Source of the DNA: Bryobacterales bacterium
GTDB taxonomy: Bacteria; Acidobacteriota; Terriglobia; Bryobacterales; UBA6623
Direction: 5' to 3'
NCBI GenBank assembly: GCA_965203925.1
Contig: OZ241924.1
Coordinates: 4,971,195-5,035,194 of the forward strand
Length of the DNA stretch: 64,000 bases
Position numbers and translations under genes: made by a program. Shown here piece after piece: positions 18,537 to 28,371 of this stretch. The notes under the pieces are model-generated. The model had not been told where the DNA came from, searched no databases, and saw only the letters and a program-made list of their open reading frames with translations. Within the stretch, counting starts at the first letter, position 1. The number at the start of each line of letters is the position of its first letter.

Positions 18537-19532
18537 GTGCGCATCCTGATGGTGCGGCTCGGGGCGATGGGCGATGTCATCCAGACCCTTCCGGCCGCCC
18601 GGGAGCTTCGCCGACGCTTCCCGAGGGCCAAAATCGCTTGGGCAGTGGACACCCGCTGGTCGGATCTCCTGCTCGGGAACCCGCACATAGATGAAATCGT
18701 AAGGGTCCCGATGCGGGCATTGCGCAAGCGCGACTCCCCCCTAGCCGCTGCTCGAATGGCCCTCGGCCTGATCAAGGGTCTAAGACAGTCGCGCTTCGAG
18801 ATCGCGTTCGACTTTCAAGGGTTGATCAAGTCCGCTGCGCTCGCTTCGATGAGCGGAGCATCTCGAACGGTCGGTTTCTCGAGAGAATCGCTAAGGGAGT
18901 CCGCCGCCGAGGTCTTCTACTCGAGACGTGCCACGTCATCGATGAAACACGTGGTCGACCGTTACCGGGACTTGGCCTCACCTGGTTCGGGAGCGAGTTC
19001 GCTCGACAGGGGAGCGTTTCCACTGCCGGACGGAGGGCCAATTGGAGCCCTTCCCGTCCGATACGTGCTTGCCAGCCCTCAGGCTGGCTGGGGCTCCAAA
19101 CAATGGCCGCCGGAGTACTACGCCCAACTGGCCACACTCTTGCTCCGCGAGTTCGGCATTCCGCTGTTGGCCGACTTTGCCCCGGGACAAGAGCACCGCG
19201 CACGGGCGATCCGCGTCATTGCCGCCGAGGGATCTGTTGTTCCGCACTCGTCAACCATCTTGGGTCTGATCTCAGCAACGCGACGCGCAACGGCAGTCGT
19301 GGGAGTTGACAGCGGCCCCATGCACTTGGCCGCTGCGCTCGACCGCCCAGGAGTGGCAATCTTCGGACCGACGGAGCCACGTAGGAACGGCCCGCGCAGT
19401 CCGCTCATCGAAGTCATCCGCACTCCGGGTGCGGTGACGACCTACAAACGCGATGCTGAGCCGAGCCCGTCCATGCTGGCCTGCGCGCCGCCGACCGTCC
19501 TGAGTGCCCTAGCCCCAATCCTCGCTCGGTAG
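18537..19532 (+). CDS. waaC: GT9 LPS heptosyltransferase I-like
   Basis: RLGAMGDVI, DFQGLIKSA, KQWP, GVDSGPMHLAAAL, IFGPT. Confidence 0.85.
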   Translation: MRILMVRLGAMGDVIQTLPAARELRRRFPRAKIAWAVDTRWSDLLLGNPHIDEIVRVPMRALRKRDSPLAAARMALGLIKGLRQSRFEIAFDFQGLIKSAALASMSGASRTVGFSRESLRESAAEVFYSRRATSSMKHVVDRYRDLASPGSGASSLDRGAFPLPDGGPIGALPVRYVLASPQAGWGSKQWPPEYYAQLATLLLREFGIPLLADFAPGQEHRARAIRVIAAEGSVVPHSSTILGLISATRRATAVVGVDSGPMHLAAALDRPGVAIFGPTEPRRNGPRSPLIEVIRTPGAVTTYKRDAEPSPSMLACAPPTVLSALAPILAR

Positions 19533-19542
19533 ACTGGGACAG

Positions 19543-20619
19543 ATGACACGGTTCGGCCTGCTATTGCAGTTTGGTGCGCTGGTGGTCGCGCAACTTGCGG
19601 CGCAAGGACAGCCTGCAGGGGGCCGCCTCAACGGACGCGAAGCATCTCTGCTCAACGAGCGGATAGCCGGCCTCATGGAAGCCACGACCATCGTGATTCC
19701 GGAACTTGCCCGGGCCGGTGAGCCCCTCTTGGAGAATTTCCGCCACGGCATCCGGACGCTGGAGACTGGCCAGATCCGCGACAACACCGGTGTGCTGTAC
19801 ACGATGCTGACGAACGCGCGGGCGTACCTGCAGCTTTCGGACGTCCTGCCAGCGTCCGAGGAATTCGGCGAGGACGTCCGCCGCCAGCTGTCCGAACTGC
19901 GGGACGGCATCCGGCGTCTGGACGGTCACTTCCGCGCCACGCTCGAGTACCGAGAGAGGCAGGCACTCGGGTCCGACCGGGACAATCTGGGCCGCTACGA
20001 GAATCCGAACTCCCTAGTAGGGCCTCCCGATTCCTCGGCTCCCCGGGTCGTGTTCTTGGGCGATTCGATCACGGACGCCTGGGATCTGAACCAGTACTTC
20101 CCCGGCAAGCCGTACATCAATCGCGGCATAAGCGGCCAGATCACTGGACAAATGCTCGGACGAATGAAGGCCGACGTGATCGATCTCCAGCCCAGAGTCG
20201 TTGTCCTTCTCGGCGGGACCAACGACTTGGCGCGCGGTGTCCCGAACAAGGCGATCCGGCACAACGTGGAGATGATCGGCACGCTCGCCGAGGCGACAGG
20301 GAGCAGGCCGATCCTAGGGTCGATCCTGCCTGTGAGCGATTACCACGTGGAAGCAAGTCCCCGATTTCTCCGGACACCGCTAAGGGATCCGGCGCGGATT
20401 CTGTCCCTCAATGACTGGATCCGAGGCCTGTGCGCGTCGAAGGGCTGGGTCTACTTGGACTACCACTCAGCCATGGCGGACGAGTCCGGGCGGCTGCGTC
20501 GAGATCTGGCCGATGACGGCCTCCACCCGAACACGGAAGGCTACAAGGTGATGGCGCCGCTGGTGGAAGGCGCCATCGAGTCGGCACTCGGTGCCCGCCG
20601 ACGCCGCTCCAGGCGGTGA
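19543..20619 (+). CDS. SGNH/GDSL hydrolase with N-terminal helical extension
   Basis: FLGDSIT, NRGISGQ, GGTND, DGLHPN; signal peptide. Confidence 0.92.
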   Translation: MTRFGLLLQFGALVVAQLAAQGQPAGGRLNGREASLLNERIAGLMEATTIVIPELARAGEPLLENFRHGIRTLETGQIRDNTGVLYTMLTNARAYLQLSDVLPASEEFGEDVRRQLSELRDGIRRLDGHFRATLEYRERQALGSDRDNLGRYENPNSLVGPPDSSAPRVVFLGDSITDAWDLNQYFPGKPYINRGISGQITGQMLGRMKADVIDLQPRVVVLLGGTNDLARGVPNKAIRHNVEMIGTLAEATGSRPILGSILPVSDYHVEASPRFLRTPLRDPARILSLNDWIRGLCASKGWVYLDYHSAMADESGRLRRDLADDGLHPNTEGYKVMAPLVEGAIESALGARRRRSRR

Positions 20620-20689
20620 TGCGGCGGAATGGCCGGTCCTGCTAAGCTGATTGCGCATCGGAGTTCCACCCTCGAATAGGGCTTTCCCA

Positions 20690-21208
20690 ATGCGCATTTT
20701 GGACTTCTTCCGGCCGGCTCCACGGGAGCGGGCCCAAGTTTCCGAAGATTCCGAAACCATCCGGAGGATCAGCGAGGCGATCGATCAGATGCCTCCTGAA
20801 CGTGCCCGCTACATTGCTGCGTTCGCGTTCATTCTTGGGAGGGTGGCGAATGCGGATCTCGAGATCAGCCGCGAGGAAGTCGCCGAGATGGAGCGCATGG
20901 TCGAGCGCGTTGGAGGGATCCCGGAAGAACAGGCCTCCCTCGTAGTGCAGATCGCAAAGGCCCAGCACAAGCTGTTCGGAGCCACGGAGAACTTCTCCAT
21001 AACACGGGAGTTCAGTCGAATTTCGACCCGAGCCCAGAAGCAGGCCCTGCTGCACTGCCTGTACGCCGTATCGTCGTCCGACCACTCCATCAGCGTTCGG
21101 GAGGACAACGAGATCCGTGCCATATGCAAGGAACTCGGCCTGGACCACGCAGAATTCATAGCGGCCCGTTCGGTGTACAAGGAGCACTTGAGCGTCCTGC
21201 AGGGCTGA
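20690..21208 (+). CDS. TerB-family protein
   Basis: RVANADLEISREE and SSDHSISVREDNEIRAICKELGL motifs. Confidence 0.85.
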   Translation: MRILDFFRPAPRERAQVSEDSETIRRISEAIDQMPPERARYIAAFAFILGRVANADLEISREEVAEMERMVERVGGIPEEQASLVVQIAKAQHKLFGATENFSITREFSRISTRAQKQALLHCLYAVSSSDHSISVREDNEIRAICKELGLDHAEFIAARSVYKEHLSVLQG

Positions 21209-21255
21209 TCCGGGACGGGCGCTGCGTTCGACTTGGCTAGAGTGAGGGGGAGCCC

Positions 21256-21726
21256 ATGGAGATCGCAACGTTTGGAGCCGGCTGTTTTTGGGGTGTCGAA
21301 GCGACATTCGCTCAGGTAGACGGCGTGGTGTCGACCAGCGTTGGGTACGCCGGTGGCAAGGTCGAGAATCCGACCTACCAACAGGTCTGCCTTGGGCAAA
21401 CTGGGCACACTGAGGTCGTGCGGGTCGAGTTTGACCCGGCCAGAGTCAGTTACGAAGCGCTGCTCGACGTGTTCTGGTCTTGCCACGATCCAACGCAGCT
21501 GAACCGACAAGGGCCGGACTTCGGGTATCAATACCGATCGGTGATCTTCTGCGAAGGCGCAAGCCAGCTGGCGGCAGCGGAGGCATCCAAGCGAGCCGCC
21601 GACGCTTCGGGCCGCTACCTTCGCTCGGTCTGTACGGCGATCGAGCCGAGCCGCAACTTCTTCCGGGCTGAGGAATACCACCAGCAATACCTCGCCAAGA
21701 AGGGGCTCGCAGTCTGCCACTCGTGA
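21256..21726 (+). CDS. msrA: Peptide-methionine (S)-S-oxide reductase
   Basis: [37 protein letters not shown]. Confidence 0.97.
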   Translation: MEIATFGAGCFWGVEATFAQVDGVVSTSVGYAGGKVENPTYQQVCLGQTGHTEVVRVEFDPARVSYEALLDVFWSCHDPTQLNRQGPDFGYQYRSVIFCEGASQLAAAEASKRAADASGRYLRSVCTAIEPSRNFFRAEEYHQQYLAKKGLAVCHS

Positions 21727-21775
21727 GCCCCTGCCCGCAGCCCGAAGTGCCGACCACCCTACGGTGGAGGCGCTG

Positions 21776-22834
21776 ATGTCGCTGATGCTCGACGAGATCC
21801 GGCAGCAGCCGGGTGTGTTGGATCGACTGTCAAGGAGACCGCCGGATAGCCTTGCGCATCTGGGTCGCAGGTTTGCGAGGCGGCGTCCCGCAATCGCTGT
21901 GATCGTCGCCCGTGGCACGTCTGACAATGCCGCCCTGTTCGGCCGTTACCTGTTCGAGGTCGCCATCGAGATCCCAACGATGCTCGCGGCTCCGTCGGTC
22001 GCCAACCTGTACGGCCGCCTCGCGCTGCCTCGGGACGCCCTGATCATCGGGATATCCCAATCTGGCGAGTCCACCGACATCAACGGCTTCATGGAGGCTG
22101 CCAAGCGGCATGGAGCGCTTTGCGTGGCGATTACCAACCATGCGGGAAGTCCGCTCGCAGCAATGGCCGACGAGGTCCTGCTGACGGAAGCCGGTGTGGA
22201 GCGGAGCGTCGCAGCCACCAAGACGTATACCGCGCAAATGATGGCGCTGTACTGGCTGTCGGTCGCCCTGGGCGCACCCATCACGGAATCTGACCTGCGG
22301 GCAGTCGCGCGCGCGTCCGCATCGGCCGTGGAGCTGGAATCCGGCATCGCAGCGGTGGTGGAGCACCATCGCGAGATTGCTCAAGCGGCGGTGATTGGCA
22401 GAGGCGTCAACTATGGCAACGGCCTTGAGCTGGCGCTGAAACTCATGGAGACCAGCTATGTTGTGGCCTGCGGCTACGCAGGGGCGGACTTCGCGCACGG
22501 TCCGATCGCAATGGTCGGCACCGGGTTCCCGGTGTTTGCGTTCTGCCCGCCGGGACCCACATCAGGCCAGACTTCGGCACTGCTGGATCGGCTGCGCCAA
22601 GCCGGCGCTGACACCGTTGCGATCGGCGCACGGGGCGGATTGGACGGAGTCAGGACGCGCCACACGATCGAGGTTGAAGTGCCTTCGGCGGGTACTCCCG
22701 GATTGCCCTCAGATATTTTGAGCCCAATTCCGTTGGTTATTCCCGGCCAGACCTTCGCCGCGAGGTTGGCCGAAGCCAAGGGTTTGGATCCCGATAGGCC
22801 TCGATCGCTAACCAAGGTCACGCGAACCTTGTGA
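21776..22834 (+). CDS. SIS-domain protein (GlmS C-terminal/amino-sugar-6-P deaminase-isomerase family)
   Basis: ARGTSD, ISQSGES, ITN, VAATKTYT, ALKLMET, HGP, DPDRPRSLTKVT. Confidence 0.9.
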   Translation: MSLMLDEIRQQPGVLDRLSRRPPDSLAHLGRRFARRRPAIAVIVARGTSDNAALFGRYLFEVAIEIPTMLAAPSVANLYGRLALPRDALIIGISQSGESTDINGFMEAAKRHGALCVAITNHAGSPLAAMADEVLLTEAGVERSVAATKTYTAQMMALYWLSVALGAPITESDLRAVARASASAVELESGIAAVVEHHREIAQAAVIGRGVNYGNGLELALKLMETSYVVACGYAGADFAHGPIAMVGTGFPVFAFCPPGPTSGQTSALLDRLRQAGADTVAIGARGGLDGVRTRHTIEVEVPSAGTPGLPSDILSPIPLVIPGQTFAARLAEAKGLDPDRPRSLTKVTRTL

Positions 22835-23090
22835 TCTGCCAGCCGGCGAACAAGGCGGCTGCGGACGACGTGTTTGCAATCTGCAGGTGGTCTCGGGCCC
22901 TGAGAACGCCCCCTAGTGCGTCAGACACCTTCCGTGCTGCTAGGCACTCCATGGGAGAATCGGTGTGGTGCACCAGCACGCACGCCGGGTTAGGGTGCGC
23001 GTAGGCCCTTTCAGCCATCGGCCCGGGCTAGCCGTCCGCCACGCACCTGATTGCCCGCATCGATACCGGACCGAGCCGACAAGCGATCCG

Positions 23091-23366
23091 CTAGATGTCG
23101 AGCTTGATGCAGAGCGACTTCAGGAACTCCTGATCCTGTTCCGTCAGGTTCGCGTCCAACGTCTTATGGTTGACCTTTGGCTGGCCCGTTCCGGGATTCT
23201 TGCCGCCACGCTTACTGAATCCGATCGTGGCCTCAAGCACAAGTAGGGCGTCATACCCCTCGGCTCGGAACTCCTTGATCACCTGAGCGATCGCAGGGGA
23301 CGTCGAGAGCGACTCGTCGATTGCCCTGACCATGCGCTGCGTGAGGGTGTTCAGACGACTTTCCAC
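23091..23366 (-). CDS. Small hypothetical protein
   Basis: Natural-looking 91-aa ORF (IDESLS..GYDALLVLEATIGF..DQEFLKSLCI) with host-like codon usage. Confidence 0.75.
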   Translation of the reverse strand: MESRLNTLTQRMVRAIDESLSTSPAIAQVIKEFRAEGYDALLVLEATIGFSKRGGKNPGTGQPKVNHKTLDANLTEQDQEFLKSLCIKLDI

Positions 23367-23622
23367 GGTTCACCGCCTATCTGCGACCCGAGCCAAAAAC
23401 GCTAACTCATCCGGAAGCACAGCCGCACCGTCATTAGACCAAGAAAACGGTAGAATTGCAAGCTCGGATTCTAGGCGTCGGTCCCCAAGAGCCGCCCCAT
23501 CGCGCCGTACTACCCACCGGATCTCGGAGCCTCGCGAGCGACCGAAGTGAAGCTGGTCAAGGCTGTGGAACACTGGGGTCTTGCACCGTTGAGATGAGGA
23601 TGGTGACAATGGGAAAAGGCCC

Positions 23623-24402
23623 ATGACGCTGACGGAGAGGACAGAATTGGCGAGGGATCTCGCCGCAGCCGTGGGTGTGACGAAGGACACTCCGTGCGCC
23701 TGTGACACGGTCGTCCCAGCAGAGATCGTTCCGCCGGCGGACGCGTGGCCCAGCCCGAATGTCCTTGACGCGATGCTGGCTCGGCCCGACGCCTCGCGCG
23801 GCGAGATCGAGCTCTTCCTGTCCATCTGCCGGGATGGTGGGTTCCGGTCAGCAGGCGTTCCACCGCGGTGGGCTGCGCTGGGCGTTTCGGTACTCGCCGG
23901 AAGCCGGACAGCACTCGCTTCATGGATCGCCCACCCTCACGGGGCGTCCCTGACACCGGTCAAGTGTGCCGAGGCAGAATTGCTGCTCCGGCTCGGCGTC
24001 CGCGACCTCTGGATGGTGGCCGACATCGCGGCGCTCCGATCTGGAGACCTGGATTCGGCGTTCGTAGACATACGGGCTGTGGCCCAGATCGTGGAACACT
24101 CCGGCGGCCACCTCACGGTGGCCCTTGAGATTCCGTCACTGGAAGAACGAAGAGGCCGTGAGGCCTGCGCTGTGGCGAAGCTCGCCGGGGCTGGCGCTGT
24201 TGCAGTCTCGGCCGCCGACCGCGAAGGAGGGGCGGAATCGCACCATGTGGAGCAGATGCGGCACACAGTTGGCCGAGACCTTGAGGTGGTCGCTTGCGGC
24301 GGGATACGGCACGGTTGGCAAGCCCGGGCGCTCATTGACGCGGGCGCAGACCGGATCGGGACCTGCCACTGCGTTGCTCCCCCGCCAACAACGGTCGCCT
24401 GA
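23623..24402 (+). CDS. DeoC-like TIM-barrel protein lacking catalytic residues
   Basis: Collinear with DeoC (PHGAS..VKCAEA, MV.IAALRSGD, DIRAV, GGIR, AGADRIGT). Confidence 0.82.
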   Translation: MTLTERTELARDLAAAVGVTKDTPCACDTVVPAEIVPPADAWPSPNVLDAMLARPDASRGEIELFLSICRDGGFRSAGVPPRWAALGVSVLAGSRTALASWIAHPHGASLTPVKCAEAELLLRLGVRDLWMVADIAALRSGDLDSAFVDIRAVAQIVEHSGGHLTVALEIPSLEERRGREACAVAKLAGAGAVAVSAADREGGAESHHVEQMRHTVGRDLEVVACGGIRHGWQARALIDAGADRIGTCHCVAPPPTTVA

Positions 24403-24654
24403 GTGCGCCGGGCCACCCATGAACCAAGTGGTTCGCACTGAGCTGGCCAACCCCGCGTGGCCTCACAGGCACGCTGTCCAAGCCGCCGGGCCTTCCGCAC
24501 CCGACCCTATGGCGCTCGGAGCGGGCAACGCGGGCCAAGAACGCCTCCTGACCCCGGATTCTGCGACCACTGGGAATCGCGGGCTGCTCACTCGCGGCGG
24601 ACTCGTCGTTGGCCGTGCGGTGAGCCGGCCCAGTGTGGTCATGGAGGCGGAAGC

Positions 24655-25938
24655 GTGAATCGGAGCTGCGGGCAATGCGAGTTTCCCATCCAGGGATTCC
24701 ATTACAGCTCCGATCTGCTGCGCTGTGGAGCGTTCGGGATGGACGCCGTTGCCCAGCGTGTGGGTACACCCACGTATGTGTATTCCGCCGAGGCCATCCG
24801 CGAGAACTACCGGTCATATTCGCGGGCCCTTAAGGGAATCCCCCACCGAGTCCACTACGCGGTCAAGGCCAACTCATGCCTAGCGATCCTTGCGCTGCTG
24901 GCCCGAGAGGGTGCTGGCTTCGACATTGTTTCGGGCGGTGAACTCTATCGGGTCCTGAAGGCCGGCGGTGATCCGCGGCAAGTGGTCTATTCCGGCGTCG
25001 GCAAGACGCGGGCCGAGTTGCAGTACGCATTGCAGTCCGGAGTGGGCACGATTCACTGCGAATCAGAGCCAGAGCTGGCGTTGCTCCGCGACGTCGTCGA
25101 GGAGCTTGGCGCTTCACCTGCAGTGGGAATCCGGGTGAATCCCGATATCGACGCAAAGACTCACCCGTACATCGCAACGGGATTGAGCGAGCACAAGTTC
25201 GGCGTTGCCGTCGAGGATGCCGAGGAACTCTATCAACGAGCGTCGGAGTGGTCACCGCTCCGCCTATCCAGCATCAGCTGTCATGTGGGGTCACAGATTC
25301 GGGACGTGGCGGTGTTCACCGACGCGGTCGAGCAGCTGCTCAGCCTGGCGTACAGACTTCGGGATCGGGGCCTTCCGATTGACGCTCTGAATCTCGGTGG
25401 CGGGCTCGGCATAGCCTATGCGACGGGGGAGCCCAGCACGTCGATCTCCGCATACGGGAAGCTGCTGAGCAGGGCGTTCGAGGGTCAAGACCTCCAGATT
25501 GGAATCGAGCCCGGACGTTCCATCGTCGGTCAAGCGGGCATCTTGCTCTCTCGCGTCCTGTACCGCAAGCGGTCAGGCCAGAAGACATTCCTCGTGGTGG
25601 ACGGTGCGATGAACGACCTAGTGCGTCCGGCCTTGTACCAAGCGCACCATGAGATCCTTCCGGTCGCTAGCAGGAACTCCCGGAGCATCCGTTGCGATGT
25701 TGTGGGCCCCATCTGCGAGAGCGGGGACTTCTTGGCCGCGGATCGAATGCTCCCGGCGTTCGAACCCGGAGACCTACTGGCCGTCGCGACTGCTGGTGCC
25801 TACGGATTCGTCCTCTCGTCCAACTACAACGCCCGGCCCAGGGCGGCCGAAGTGCTGATCGACGGAACAAAGATGCGGATTGCCCGGCGTCGGGAGACGC
25901 TCGAAGACCTGATCCGGGGTGAAGAGGCTTGGAAGTAG
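24655..25938 (+). CDS. lysA: Diaminopimelate decarboxylase
   Basis: GTPTYVYS, YAVKAN (PLP Lys), HVGSQ, LGGG, EPGR, VGPICESGD, AGAYG..SNYN; GGAGG RBS. Confidence 0.97.
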   Translation: MNRSCGQCEFPIQGFHYSSDLLRCGAFGMDAVAQRVGTPTYVYSAEAIRENYRSYSRALKGIPHRVHYAVKANSCLAILALLAREGAGFDIVSGGELYRVLKAGGDPRQVVYSGVGKTRAELQYALQSGVGTIHCESEPELALLRDVVEELGASPAVGIRVNPDIDAKTHPYIATGLSEHKFGVAVEDAEELYQRASEWSPLRLSSISCHVGSQIRDVAVFTDAVEQLLSLAYRLRDRGLPIDALNLGGGLGIAYATGEPSTSISAYGKLLSRAFEGQDLQIGIEPGRSIVGQAGILLSRVLYRKRSGQKTFLVVDGAMNDLVRPALYQAHHEILPVASRNSRSIRCDVVGPICESGDFLAADRMLPAFEPGDLLAVATAGAYGFVLSSNYNARPRAAEVLIDGTKMRIARRRETLEDLIRGEEAWK

Positions 25939-26085
25939 CCGTACCCGAACATGGCACCCGCCTTCCCGGTGGTCGTCCAATTGCTGGCCGAGGCGAGATT
26001 GACACCGAGGGAAACTTGCAATTGGCCGAGACGGTCCATCGTCGCCCCTGTGCCGAATGGCGTCTGCGACGACGTGTTGGAGTGA

Positions 26086-26871
26086 TCAGGAAGCTGGCTC
26101 GAACGGCCACTTGGCGGTCGTCGTGTAGCCGCCGTCGGCTGCAATCACTTGACCGGTAATGTAGTCTGCCGCGCTGCTTGCGAGGAAGACCGCCAAACCG
26201 GCAATGTCCTCCGGCGTCCCCAAGCGAGGGTTAGCCTGCACCGTCCCGAGCCAGCGCTTCATGAAGTCCGGCTGCCACATGTCCCGATTCAGATCCGTCA
26301 GGATGAAACCGGGGGCGATGCAGTTGACTTGGATGTCGGCGTATGCCCATTCGGCGGCTAGCACGCGCGTGAGGCCAGCCAGCGCGCTCTTCGTCATCGC
26401 GTAGACGGAAAGATATGGAAGGCCAAGAAGAGACATCAGACTGCCGATGTTGACGATCTTTCCCCCGTTGCCCCGCTCGACCATGCTTGCGCCAACGAGC
26501 CGCGTCAGCCGCACGAGTCCGTGAAGGTTCGTCTGCATGATGCGATCGTATTCTTCTGGCGTGTAGTCCTGGAATCTTCGGCGGACGTTGGTCCCCGCCA
26601 CGTTGACCAGAATGTCGACCTGGCTGTACGCTTTGCCCACCTCATCGATCGCCTCGCCGCTGGTGACGTCAAGCCGGGTCGCTTCCGCCGACAGTCCCGA
26701 GCGGCGAAGCTCCTCGGCTTCCGGCTCCAAGACGCCGATTGAGCGCGCGGCAAGGACGGCGTGAGCGCCTTGCGCTGCCATCGCCTTTGCGATGGCGAGC
26801 CCGATTCCCCGACTTGCGCCAGCGACCAGTGCCGTGCGCCCCTTGAGCGAGAACATGCTCGAAGGGTCCAT
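26086..26871 (-). CDS. SDR oxidoreductase (gluconate 5-dehydrogenase-like)
   Basis: AGASRGIG, LVNVAG, YAMTK, NCIAPG. Confidence 0.92.
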   Translation of the reverse strand: MDPSSMFSLKGRTALVAGASRGIGLAIAKAMAAQGAHAVLAARSIGVLEPEAEELRRSGLSAEATRLDVTSGEAIDEVGKAYSQVDILVNVAGTNVRRRFQDYTPEEYDRIMQTNLHGLVRLTRLVGASMVERGNGGKIVNIGSLMSLLGLPYLSVYAMTKSALAGLTRVLAAEWAYADIQVNCIAPGFILTDLNRDMWQPDFMKRWLGTVQANPRLGTPEDIAGLAVFLASSAADYITGQVIAADGGYTTTAKWPFEPAS

Positions 26872-26969
26872 CGAGGTCATAGTAGCAACGCCACCACAGC
26901 GGCGAGCCCCTCGATGCCGCCACACCGTGAAGTCTTGGTTCGACCTCTCGGCGCTACTATGGGCCTGAC

Positions 26970-28349
26970 ATGGCATCGAGCAGGAGAGGCGGAGACATTG
27001 TCGGGGTCCTCCGGAGGATTCTGGGAGAACGCTGCTCGCTGTCGGCGTATGACATTGAGAGCCACTCCCACGACGAGTCGTTCCATCCACCGGCGGCACC
27101 TGACGCGGTGGCCTTCCCCAAGTCCAACGAGGAAGTCGCGCAGATCGTGCAGGCTTGTGCCGCCCACGAGACTCCCGTGATTCCCTTCGGCGCTGGCACG
27201 GCCGTCGAGGGGCACGTTCAGGCGGTGAACGGTGGTATCTCCCTCGATCTGTCCCGGATGGACAGGGTTCTTCAGCTGCGGACTGATGACCTCGACTGTC
27301 GTGTCCAAGCGGGAATCCGAAGGTTGGCACTCAATGACCATCTCGAGAGGCACGGCCTCTGGCTGCCCATCGATCCTGGGGCCGACGCGTCAATCGGTGG
27401 AATGGCGGCTACGGGGGCGTCGGGCACGACAACGGTGCGCTACGGTACGATCCGCGAGAACGTTCTCGGCCTGACTTGCGTCCTCGCAGACGGTCGCATT
27501 ATCACCACCGGAGGCCGTGCGCGAAAGTCATCGGCAGGGTACGACCTCACCAAGCTGATGCTCGGGTCTGAGGGCACGCTTTCGGTGATCACGGAAGTCC
27601 AGCTCAAGTTGCACCCGCTTCCCGAATCGGTGGCCGCCGCCGTGTGCAGCTTTCCCAGTGTGGGAGCGAGCGTGGACACGGTGATCGAGGTCCTGCAGTC
27701 CGGCATCCCAGTCGCAAGGTGCGAATTCCTCGATTCGGCGTCGATGCAGGCTGTGAGCGCGTACGCGAAGCTGGAGCTTGAAGTGGCTCCCACCATCTTC
27801 TTCGAGTTCCACGGCACACGGGCCAGCGTGGCAGAGCAGGCTGACCTGACGGGCTCCATCGCGGCCGAGCACGGCGGCGGCAGCTTCCAGTGGGCCACAG
27901 AACGCGAGCGTCGGGAGAACCTGTGGCATGCGCGCCATCACGCCTACTACGCGATCAAGGCACTGCGCCCCGGATCCTACGGGTGGGTGAGCGACACTTG
28001 CGTGCCAATCTCTCAACTCTCCGCCAGCATCGAGCAGGCCCAAGCGGACATTGACGCGGCCGGCCTGACGGCGCCAATCTTAGGCCACGTCGGAGACGGG
28101 AACTTTCACGCAATATTCCTGGTCGACCCGAGCGACCGGGCAGAACTGGGCCGTGCCTCTAAAGTCAACAGCCGGATGATCGAATCGGCGATCGCTGCGG
28201 GCGGAACTTGTACGGGCGAGCACGGGATCGGCCTCGGAAAGCTGGATTGGCTTCGCGCCGAGCACGGCGAGGGAGCAGCAGTCATGAGGGCGCTGAAGGA
28301 CGCGCTCGACCCGGCCGGAATCCTGAACCCCGGCAAGGTGTTCGGCTAG
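26970..28349 (+). CDS. FAD-linked oxidase (D-lactate dehydrogenase/GlcD family)
   Basis: PFGAGTAVEG, DPGADASIGG, KSSAGYDL, GSEGTL, GHVGDGNFH, GEHGIG, LNPGK. Confidence 0.93.
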   Translation: MASSRRGGDIVGVLRRILGERCSLSAYDIESHSHDESFHPPAAPDAVAFPKSNEEVAQIVQACAAHETPVIPFGAGTAVEGHVQAVNGGISLDLSRMDRVLQLRTDDLDCRVQAGIRRLALNDHLERHGLWLPIDPGADASIGGMAATGASGTTTVRYGTIRENVLGLTCVLADGRIITTGGRARKSSAGYDLTKLMLGSEGTLSVITEVQLKLHPLPESVAAAVCSFPSVGASVDTVIEVLQSGIPVARCEFLDSASMQAVSAYAKLELEVAPTIFFEFHGTRASVAEQADLTGSIAAEHGGGSFQWATERERRENLWHARHHAYYAIKALRPGSYGWVSDTCVPISQLSASIEQAQADIDAAGLTAPILGHVGDGNFHAIFLVDPSDRAELGRASKVNSRMIESAIAAGGTCTGEHGIGLGKLDWLRAEHGEGAAVMRALKDALDPAGILNPGKVFG

Positions 28350-28371
28350 CTCTCGCCTTCGTCTGCCCGGG

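Noticed and set aside
24403-24654. Lysine riboswitch upstream of lysA
   Set aside because: No L-box conserved motifs recognised.
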